This document shows, piece after piece, positions 1 through 6,958 of a DNA stretch of 33,913 nt (its first letter is position 1; the number at the start of each line of letters is the position of its first letter). The notes under the pieces were generated by a model. The model saw only the letters and a program-made list of their open reading frames with translations. It was not told the origin of the DNA and made no database searches. The DNA lies in assembly GCA_030428825.1 (NCBI GenBank), contig JAUIEL010000002.1, positions 1 through 33,913 of the forward strand, read 5' to 3'. The stretch is from a bacterium (lineage in GTDB: Bacteria; Planctomycetota; B15-G4; JADJEK01). The position numbers were made by a program, and so were the translations under genes.

Positions 1-1027
1 GACGCACTGGGCGAAGGTGAAGGATCCGATCTGGACGCGCGAGGGGCGGGACGACCGCGACGTCCGGGCCGACGGCGTCCCGTTCGTCGGTCCGTGGAAG
101 GCGCTGCATGTCACCGAGTCGACGAGCGCGCGCCTCGACCTGGGGCGGGGGGTGATCCGCGTGGTGTTCCTCCCGGGGGAGGGAGGGCGCGTCGCGTCCG
201 CGGTCGAGCTCGCGCCGGACGGCGGGCGGTTCACGCGCGACGTCCGCGTCCTCGGGAAGGAGAGCCGGGAGCTTCCGGTCCGCCTCCTCGACGGAGACGC
301 GCTGTACGTCTTCTCGTGCGAGGGCGGCGCGGCGACGCTCGAGCGGGCGTCGCTTCCGGACGGGGACCGGCCGCTGCACGCGGGGTCCGGGCGGGGACGC
401 GTCCTCGTCGAGGGGGAGCGCGGCGTGTACGTCGCCGAGGGAGACGGGTTCGTCCGGCTCGGCGACGCGGCGGCGGCGGAGGTCCGGGAGGGGCGCGTCG
501 AGGAGGAGGCGGCGCGCGCGGCGCGCGCGGCGACGTGGGCCGCGATCGACGACCCGCTCCGGTACGACGTGCCGGTCGAGGTCGGCGGACGAACGCGGAC
601 GCTCCGGTACCGACCTCGGACGGACGAGGAGCGGCGCCTGGTCGCGGTGACGGAGGGGGTGTCGCTCCTGCGGCCGCCGGTCCTCCTCGCGGCGAGCGCG
701 CTCGCGCCGGTCTCGCCGTCGGTCGCCGAGCGCGCGTCGTTCCAGGACGCGCGTTGGATCGACCCGCTCTACGCCGGCGGGAAGCGAGAGGTCCGACTCG
801 GCCTCGCGCTCCTCGGGGCCGCGGCGCTCGGGGCGATCCTCGTCCTGAGGCTGCGGCGCATCGGAGCGGACGGGCCGCGGGCGCTCGGCTGGCTGCTGGT
901 CGTGCTCGCGTTCGGGCCGGCGGGGTTCGCGGCCGGGCTCCTGTTCGAGACCCGCCGCGGCTGGCGGTGGGCCGGGTCGGCGCGGTTCGAACCGGCGCCG
1001 CCGCCGCTGATCGTCTCGCCGTCTTGA
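1..1027 (+). CDS. hypothetical membrane-anchored protein, 5'-truncated by the window edge
   Basis: The frame of ORF 17..1027 stays open back to base 2 (..THWAKVKDPIW..), so the GTG at 17 is probably internal. G/C dominates codon position 3. There are two C-terminal hydrophobic helices (LGLALLGAAALGAILVL; LGWLLVVLAFGPAGFAAGLLF). No family recognised. Confidence 0.5.
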   Translation, partial: THWAKVKDPIWTREGRDDRDVRADGVPFVGPWKALHVTESTSARLDLGRGVIRVVFLPGEGGRVASAVELAPDGGRFTRDVRVLGKESRELPVRLLDGDALYVFSCEGGAATLERASLPDGDRPLHAGSGRGRVLVEGERGVYVAEGDGFVRLGDAAAAEVREGRVEEEAARAARAATWAAIDDPLRYDVPVEVGGRTRTLRYRPRTDEERRLVAVTEGVSLLRPPVLLAASALAPVSPSVAERASFQDARWIDPLYAGGKREVRLGLALLGAAALGAILVLRLRRIGADGPRALGWLLVVLAFGPAGFAAGLLFETRRGWRWAGSARFEPAPPPLIVSPS

Positions 1028-1092
1028 TCGTGTCCGCCCGTCCCGGTCGCCGGGCCGTCCCGCTCGTGTCGCCCCCTTCGAAGGAACTCGTC

Positions 1093-2730
1093 ATGTCCGA
1101 ACGCGCCCGGCGCTCCCCGTTCCTCCGCCCGCTGTCCGGCCTCGCTTCGTCGTGCGTGGCCGCGGCGCTCTCGGCCGTCGTGAACGCCGGAGAGGAGGCT
1201 CCGTTCTCGCTGGTCCGCGCCGACGTGCGGCTCGCGGTCGACGTCGACTCGCGGCGGGTGACGGGGGAGGCGACGCTGATGGTCGAGGCGAAGGAGCGCC
1301 TCTCCGCGGTGGACGTCTCGTTGAACGACCTCCTCGCGGTGACGGCGGTCGACGACGGCGGGCGGGCGGCGCGGGCCGTGGAAGGAGCGAACCGGCGCGA
1401 GGGGCGGGTGCTGAGCGTGGCGCTCGATCCTCCGGTCGCGGCGGGGGAGCGGCGCGCGCTGACGTTCACGTACGAGGGGACGGCGCTCGACCCGAGCCGG
1501 TTCGAGCCGGACTGGATGGGCGCGCTGCTGGTCCGGCCGGACGAGATCCGGATGAGCCATCAGGCGCAGTGGATGCCGATCGTCCCGCTCGACGAACGGG
1601 CGCTGGCGAAGCTGGCGGCGCCGACGCGGCTCGAGCTCGAGCTGCCGGCGGGGATGGCGAGCCTGGGGCCGGGGCGGCTGGTCTCGGTCGAGCCGGCCGG
1701 GGACGAGCGCGAGCGGCACGTCTGGGATGCGGAGCGTCCGGTGCGGGCGTCGATCGTCGCCGGGGCGTACGAGGTGGTCGAGGCGAGGCGCGGCCCGCTC
1801 GCGGTGCGCGTGCTGGCGCGGCCGGAGCGGATCGCGGGGGCGCGGGCGTGGGGCGAGGAGGCGCTGGCGATGCTCGAGGTCCTGTCGGAGCGGCTCGGCG
1901 GACCGAAGGCGGGCGGGTACGGGATCGCGTCGATGACGATCCGGAACCGGAAGAACTCGTACAACTACGAGGCGGACGGGTTCTCGGTCTACGACGAGGT
2001 GCTGTTCGACGGCCGGGAGCCGGACGCGCGGAAGGTCGGGCACGAGGTGGCGCACCGGTGGTTCGGCGGCCTGGTCGACGCCGCGGGGCCGGGCGAGCGG
2101 TTCCTCACCGAGTCGCTGGCGGAGGTCGCCGCCTGGATCGCGATCGAGGCGCGGTTCGGAGAGGAGGCGGCGCGGGACGCGGTCCGGTCGCGGGTGCGGC
2201 GGTACGGGACGCCGGACGCGGCGGAGCACGCGCTCGATCGGACGACGTTCGAGTCGCCGCGGTACGGACCGGTGATCTACGGGAAGGGACCGGTCGTCCT
2301 CTGGACGCTCCGATCGTGGGTCGGGAAGGAGCGGTTCCGGGACGGGCTCCGGGCGTACGTCGCGCGGTTCGGCGGCGGGGAGACGCCGCCGTCGCTGCAC
2401 GACTTCCTCGACGTGATGCGATCGGAGGCCGGCGACGCGGTCGACGTCTGGGCGACCGAGTCGGTGATGCGGCCGGACGTCCCCCGGTACGCGGTCGAGC
2501 TCGACGCCCGGAAGCGGACCGCGCGCGGCCGGCTGGTCCAGGAAGGAGCGCTCTTCCACCATCCGGTCGAGATCGAGCTCCGCCTCGCGAACGGTGAGGC
2601 GAAGCGCATCACCGTCGAGCCGCGCGGCCGTTCCACGAAGTGGTCGACCCGCGTCGCCGCGGAGGTGACCGAGGCGGTCTGCGACCCCGACGGGCTCCTC
2701 GTGCGGCACGATCGGTCGCTCGATCGATAG
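1093..2730 (+). CDS. M1-family (gluzincin) zinc metallopeptidase, secreted or periplasmic
   Basis: This is the real part of ORF 94..2730. The ATG at 1093 is preceded by AAGGAA (1081-1086). The N-terminus is signal-like (LSGLASSCVAAALSAVVNA). The zinc motif is HEVAHRWFG followed by exactly 18 residues and then E (..FLTESLAE), i.e. HExxH-X18-E. I did not see a canonical GxMEN exopeptidase motif. Confidence 0.85.
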   Translation: MSERARRSPFLRPLSGLASSCVAAALSAVVNAGEEAPFSLVRADVRLAVDVDSRRVTGEATLMVEAKERLSAVDVSLNDLLAVTAVDDGGRAARAVEGANRREGRVLSVALDPPVAAGERRALTFTYEGTALDPSRFEPDWMGALLVRPDEIRMSHQAQWMPIVPLDERALAKLAAPTRLELELPAGMASLGPGRLVSVEPAGDERERHVWDAERPVRASIVAGAYEVVEARRGPLAVRVLARPERIAGARAWGEEALAMLEVLSERLGGPKAGGYGIASMTIRNRKNSYNYEADGFSVYDEVLFDGREPDARKVGHEVAHRWFGGLVDAAGPGERFLTESLAEVAAWIAIEARFGEEAARDAVRSRVRRYGTPDAAEHALDRTTFESPRYGPVIYGKGPVVLWTLRSWVGKERFRDGLRAYVARFGGGETPPSLHDFLDVMRSEAGDAVDVWATESVMRPDVPRYAVELDARKRTARGRLVQEGALFHHPVEIELRLANGEAKRITVEPRGRSTKWSTRVAAEVTEAVCDPDGLLVRHDRSLDR

Positions 2731-2825
2731 GCGTTCGCCGGATCGCGTTCCGACCTTCGGCGCCAGCATCGGCGTGGCCGGCTGGCTATGATCCACGGCT
2801 TCCCGTCGCCGTTCCGGAGCCCCCG

Positions 2826-3128
2826 ATGATCCGCCGCCTGTTCGCGCCCGTCAGCCTGTTCCTCATGCTCTCGGCGTCCCCGGGGTGCCTCTACCTCGAC
2901 ATCAAGACGACCCTCGACGAGGACCTGTACGAGACGACGCTCGGCGACAAGGTCGGGAAGGCGACCGCGCGCAGCGTCCTGTTCGGGATGGTCGCCTGGG
3001 GAGACGCCGGGACGCAGGCCGCGGCCGAGGACGGAGGGATCGAGATCCTGCGCCACGCGGACAGGGAGCTGTTCGCCGTCTTCTTCGGCATCTACGCCAG
3101 CAACACGACCGTGGTCTACGGGGACTGA
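2826..3128 (+). CDS. TRL-like family lipoprotein
   Basis: ATG at 2826 with GGAG 6 nt upstream. Lipobox LSASPGC. The C-terminal block KVGKATARSVLFGMVAWGDAGTQAAAEDGGIEILRHAD..FGIYASNTTVVYGD matches the TRL-like lipoprotein consensus as I remember it (KVG.A...ILG.VA.GDAS...AAK.GGI.KI..VD...GIY...T.VYGE). Confidence 0.75.
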   Translation: MIRRLFAPVSLFLMLSASPGCLYLDIKTTLDEDLYETTLGDKVGKATARSVLFGMVAWGDAGTQAAAEDGGIEILRHADRELFAVFFGIYASNTTVVYGD

Positions 3129-3131
3129 GAG

Positions 3132-3431
3132 ATGCCGATCCGTCTGGCGGCGCTGCTCGTGCTCGCCTCGACCGCCGGCTGCTTCCGCTGGACCGTCGAG
3201 CCGTTCGACCTGAACTACACCGACACCCCGGTCTTCCAGAACGACGAGACGGGGTCGATCAAGGAGGTCCGCGTGCGAGGGGTCCGCGTCGACTGGTCCT
3301 CCAACGCGGTCGGCGACGTGGCGCGCACGAACGGGCTGACGACGCTGCACTACGCCGACCTCGAGGTGTTCAGCATCAGCGTCTTCGGCCTCGGTTGGTC
3401 GCGGGAGACGCTGCACCTCTACGGAGAATGA
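3132..3431 (+). CDS. small lipoprotein, divergent TRL-like paralogue
   Basis: ATG lies 3 nt after the preceding stop. Lipobox LASTAGC. The C-terminal half (AVGDVARTNGLTTLHYADLEVFSISVFGLGW..LHLYGE) echoes the TRL block and its terminal YGE. Confidence 0.6.
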   Translation: MPIRLAALLVLASTAGCFRWTVEPFDLNYTDTPVFQNDETGSIKEVRVRGVRVDWSSNAVGDVARTNGLTTLHYADLEVFSISVFGLGWSRETLHLYGE

Positions 3432-3432
3432 G

Positions 3433-5589
3433 GTGATCCTCGTCGCGGCCGGCCTGGCGCTCGCGCTCGCCGTCCCGCTGGTCGCGCCCGTCCACTCGTT
3501 CATCTTCGCGTTCGTCGTGCCGAAGGTCCTCGTGCTGCGGGCCGCGGCGCTCGTGGCGGGGCTCGGCTGGCTCGTGCTCTGGACGCGCGATCGGGGGCGG
3601 CACGCCGTCCGCGCCACGCCGATCACCGTCGCGTTCGCCCTCTTCGTCGCGAGCGCCGTCGCGTCGACGGTCGGGTCGGTCGACGTGCACCGATCGATCT
3701 GGGACACGCCGGAGCGGATGCTCGGCGTCGTCACGCTGGTCGCGCTCCTCGCGCTCTATCTCGCGTCGACCCACGGCCTCCGGTCGGAGGTCGCGTGGCG
3801 GCGGGTGCTCGGCGCCTTCCTCGCGGTCGGCGCGGTCGTCGTCCACGTGGCGGTCGCGCAGAAGGTCGACCCCGACCTGTTCGCCAACCGGGGGAACCCG
3901 CGTGTCTCCGCGACGCTCGGCCATCCGACGTACCTCGCCGGGCTCGGCGTCTTCCAGGTCGCCGTCGGCGCCTACCTCGCGGCGACCACGCGGAACGCCC
4001 TCCTCCGCGTCCTCGCCGCCCTCGCCGCGGCTCTCGGGCTCGTCGGCGTCGCGCTGGCCGAGTCCCGCGGACCGATGCTCGGGCTCGCCGTGGGCGGCCT
4101 CGCGGCGCTCGTCCTCACCGCGGTCGTCGCCGGCCCCGGACGTCTCCGGCGGGGTTCGCTCGCGCTGGCCGGGGGCGCGATCGCCGTCGCGCTCGCGGCG
4201 CTGCCGATCCTCGGCCTGGAGCGCGACGTCCAGCTCCTCGAGCACGCGCTCACGTCGGTCGCGCCGGGCGAACGGCCGGAGCTGCGCCGCGAGCTCGAGT
4301 GGAAGCGCTCCGTCTACGACGCGCTCTACCGCGTCCCCGGAGTGCGCCGGTTCCTCCGCGCGTCGGTGACGAAGAAGACGGCCGACACGCGACTGATGAA
4401 GTGGGAGGTCGCCGAGGCGGCGTTCCGCGCGCGCCCGATCCTCGGGTACGGCCCGAACGGGTACGCGGCGGCGTACGACCACTTCCATCCGACTCGCGCG
4501 ATCCTGTACGGGAGCGACGAGGTCTGGGTCGACGACGCGCACAACGTCCTGCTGAACGTCCTCGCCGAGCAGGGGATCGTCGGCCTCGTCGCCACGCTCC
4601 TGTTGCTCGGCGCGCCCGTCCTCGTCTCGTGGCGCGCGTATCGGCGCGGGCGCGTCGGCGCGGCGTTGCCGGTCCTCGTGACCGGCTTCACGGCCGCGCA
4701 CCTCGTCCACCTCTTCTTCGTGTTCGAGAACCCGACGTCGTGGCTGTACGTCGTCCTCCTCCTCGCCTACGTGAACGTGCGGACGTCCCTCGAGCCGGCG
4801 TCGACCGGTCCGCTCGCGCGGGGACGGGGGCCGCTCATCGCCGCCGGGGCGCTCGCGGCCGTCGGGCTGGCGGCGTGGCTGGTCGCGATCCCCGCGCGCG
4901 CGAACGTCCGGCTCTATCGGACGATCGGACTCGTCCACGACGGGAGGGCCGAGGAGGCGGGGGCCGCGCTCGACGACGCGCTCGCCGCGGGCGGTCCGCA
5001 CCGGCGCGCCGCCCGCGGGCTCTTCGCGGCGTCGGCGATCGAGGTGATCGACGAGGTGACGCGGCTCTCGCGAGCGGCCGACACCCCGGAGTCGAAGGCG
5101 CGGATCGAAAGGATCGGCGTCGCGATCCGGCCGATCCTCGTCCGCGCGTTCGAGGAGCTCGGCGCGAACGTCGACGTCGACCCGACCGTCCGACCCGTCG
5201 TGCGACGGGCCCAGCTCGCGCTCCTCCGGCACCGGCGGTACCGCGAGACCGACCCGCTCGAACCGGTCGCCGGCGAGCTCGACCGCGCGATCGCCCGCGC
5301 ACCCGGCCGCGCCGACCTCCGCCTCCTGCGCGCCGACGTCGCCTTCGCGGTCGAGCGCCCGGCCGAGGCGATCGAACCGCTCCTGGGGCTGATCGAGCGG
5401 GCCGACGACGTCGGCGGCGCGTGGTGGCGTCTCGTCTACGCGCGGCAGGCGGCGGGGGACGCCGACGGGGCGCGGGAGACGCTCGCCGCCGCGAAGGCGA
5501 CGGGTCACGGGTTCGACGACCTGACGCGGCGGAACCTCGAGGCGCTGCGTCAGCGGTCGGAGTCGGCGGAGGGACCGGAAGGGGACTGA
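3433..5589 (+). CDS. O-antigen ligase/polymerase-like (Wzy_C-type) polytopic membrane protein with C-terminal TPR-like helical repeats
   Basis: GTG at 3433 lies 1 nt after the preceding stop, with GGAGAA 5 nt upstream. About 10 hydrophobic helices. Signature loop ILGYGPNGYAAAYDHFHP..WVDDAHNVLLNVLAEQGIVGL. The soluble C-terminal ~250 aa has alanine-rich helical repeats. Confidence 0.75.
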   Translation: MILVAAGLALALAVPLVAPVHSFIFAFVVPKVLVLRAAALVAGLGWLVLWTRDRGRHAVRATPITVAFALFVASAVASTVGSVDVHRSIWDTPERMLGVVTLVALLALYLASTHGLRSEVAWRRVLGAFLAVGAVVVHVAVAQKVDPDLFANRGNPRVSATLGHPTYLAGLGVFQVAVGAYLAATTRNALLRVLAALAAALGLVGVALAESRGPMLGLAVGGLAALVLTAVVAGPGRLRRGSLALAGGAIAVALAALPILGLERDVQLLEHALTSVAPGERPELRRELEWKRSVYDALYRVPGVRRFLRASVTKKTADTRLMKWEVAEAAFRARPILGYGPNGYAAAYDHFHPTRAILYGSDEVWVDDAHNVLLNVLAEQGIVGLVATLLLLGAPVLVSWRAYRRGRVGAALPVLVTGFTAAHLVHLFFVFENPTSWLYVVLLLAYVNVRTSLEPASTGPLARGRGPLIAAGALAAVGLAAWLVAIPARANVRLYRTIGLVHDGRAEEAGAALDDALAAGGPHRRAARGLFAASAIEVIDEVTRLSRAADTPESKARIERIGVAIRPILVRAFEELGANVDVDPTVRPVVRRAQLALLRHRRYRETDPLEPVAGELDRAIARAPGRADLRLLRADVAFAVERPAEAIEPLLGLIERADDVGGAWWRLVYARQAAGDADGARETLAAAKATGHGFDDLTRRNLEALRQRSESAEGPEGD

Positions 5590-5630
5590 CGGGCGCGGAG
5601 TCTCGCGCGGGACGGGCGGGAGAATCGGAC

Positions 5631-5664
5631 TTGCTCGAGAATACCGGGTATGTATACTCGGTAT
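5631..5664 (+). promoter_or_regulatory. sigma70-like promoter overlapped by a PadR-type operator palindrome
   Basis: The promoter is TTGCTC (5631-5636), a 16-nt spacer, then TATACT (5653-5658). The inverted repeat is ATACCGGGTAT-GT-ATACTCGGTAT (5641-5664): 11-nt arms with 1 mismatch. It covers the spacer and the -10 element. Confidence 0.5.
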
Positions 5665-5694
5665 CCAACGCCGTCGCGCCCCCGGGAGGCCGCC

Positions 5695-6213
5695 GTGTCG
5701 ATCCCCCTCAGCCTGCTCGCGATCCTCTCCGACCGCTCCGCGCACGGGTACGGCCTGAAGTCCCGGTTCGAGGAGTCGACGGCCGGCGCGTGGCCGCTGA
5801 ACGTCGGGCAGGTCTACACCACGCTCCGCCGGCTCGAGCGGGACGGGCTGGTCCTCCCGGAGGAGGGGGAGGGCGGGGCGCGCCAGACGTGGCGGATCAC
5901 CGACGCGGGGCGGACGGCGCTGGAGGAGTGGTTCGGCACCCCGGTCGAGGACGACCCGCCGGCGCGCGACGAGCTCTCGATCAAGGTCCTCCTCGCGGTC
6001 GCGGCGGACGCGGTCGACGTGACCGACATCGTCCAACGTCAACGCGTCGCGACGATGGAGCGGCTGCAGCGGTACACGCGGCGGAAGCGCGCCGCCGACC
6101 CCGAGCGCGAGCTGCCGTGGACGCTCCTGCTCGACGCGCTGATCCTGAAGGCGGAGGCGGAGCTGAAGTGGCTCGACCTCTGCGAGGCGCGCCTGGCGGA
6201 GCGGGGCCGATGA
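5695..6213 (+). CDS. PadR-family transcriptional regulator
   Basis: Winged-helix core: LAILSDRSAHGYGLKSRFEESTAGAWPLNVGQVYTTLRRLERDGLV. I prefer the GTG at 5695 (GGGAGG at 5684-5689) over the ORF-track ATG at 5650, which sits inside the promoter/operator. The stop overlaps the next start (ATGA at 6210-6213). Confidence 0.8.
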   Translation: MSIPLSLLAILSDRSAHGYGLKSRFEESTAGAWPLNVGQVYTTLRRLERDGLVLPEEGEGGARQTWRITDAGRTALEEWFGTPVEDDPPARDELSIKVLLAVAADAVDVTDIVQRQRVATMERLQRYTRRKRAADPERELPWTLLLDALILKAEAELKWLDLCEARLAERGR

Positions 6214-6950
6214 CCGCGCCGCGCCGCGACGGCGAGCCGCTCCTCCGGTTCGAGGACGTCGGGCGCGGGTACGGCGACGGACCGCACGCCGTCCGCGCGC
6301 TCGGCCCGGTCCGGTTCGACGTCCGGTCGGGCGAGCTGGTCGCGGTCATGGGGCCGTCCGGGTCGGGGAAGACGACGCTCCTGTCGCTCGCCGGCGCGCT
6401 CGAGCGTCCGACCGAGGGGCGCGTCCTCCTCCGCGGGCGCGATCTCGCGACGCTCTCCGCGCCGGCGCGCGCCGCCCTCCGCCGCCGCGACATCGGGTAC
6501 GTCTTCCAGGACCTGAACCTCCTCCCGGGCCTGACCGCGCTCGAGAACGTGTCGCTCCCGCTCGAGCTCGACGGGGTCCGCCTCGCCGCCGCCCGGGAAG
6601 AGGCGCGCGCCGCGCTCGACGCGGTCGGCCTCGCGTCCCTCGCGGCGCGGTTCCCGGACGACCTCTCGGGCGGCGAGCGGCAGCGGGTGGCGATCGCGCG
6701 CGCGTTCGTCGGGCCGCGCGAGCTCCTCCTCGCCGACGAGCCGACCGGCAACCTCGACTCGGTGACCGGAGAGCGGGTCCTGCGCCACCTCCGCGCCGCG
6801 TGCGACGGCGGGAGGACCGCGATCCTCGTCACGCACGATCCGTCGCACGCCGGCTGGGCGGACCGCGTCCTGTTCCTCCGCGACGGCGTCCTCGTCGACG
6901 AGGCGGCGTCGGGGGCGGGGTGCCTGGTGCGCGTCGAGGACGGGCCGTGA
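6210..6950 (+). CDS. ABC transporter ATP-binding protein (MacB/LolD/FtsE-like)
   Basis: This is the real C-terminal part of ORF 3795..6950. Walker A GPSGSGKTT, Q-loop YVFQD, signature LSGGERQRVAIARA, Walker B LLLADEPTGNLD, H-loop VTHD. Confidence 0.9.
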   Translation: MTAPRRDGEPLLRFEDVGRGYGDGPHAVRALGPVRFDVRSGELVAVMGPSGSGKTTLLSLAGALERPTEGRVLLRGRDLATLSAPARAALRRRDIGYVFQDLNLLPGLTALENVSLPLELDGVRLAAAREEARAALDAVGLASLAARFPDDLSGGERQRVAIARAFVGPRELLLADEPTGNLDSVTGERVLRHLRAACDGGRTAILVTHDPSHAGWADRVLFLRDGVLVDEAASGAGCLVRVEDGP

Positions 6951-6958
6951 CCGCGGGG

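Noticed and set aside
94-1092. N-terminal extensions of real genes given by the ORF track. They cover these stretches:
- 94..1092
- 2640..2825
- 3795..6209
- 6800..6958
- 19336..19494
- 19431..20225
- 20369..21028
- 12344..12679
- 23582..24955(-)
- 12304..13647(-)
   Set aside because: - The upstream parts are Arg-rich nonsense overlapping other genes.
- Internal ATG or GTG codons with Shine-Dalgarno sequences, stop/start overlaps with the preceding gene, and the onset of recognisable N-termini or signal peptides give much better starts.
5650-5694. ATG at 5650 as the PadR start codon.
   Set aside because: - It lies inside the predicted promoter spacer and operator palindrome and has no Shine-Dalgarno.
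- The 15 extra residues (MYTRYPTPSRPREAA) are not part of the PadR fold.
- The GTG at 5695 has GGGAGG upstream.
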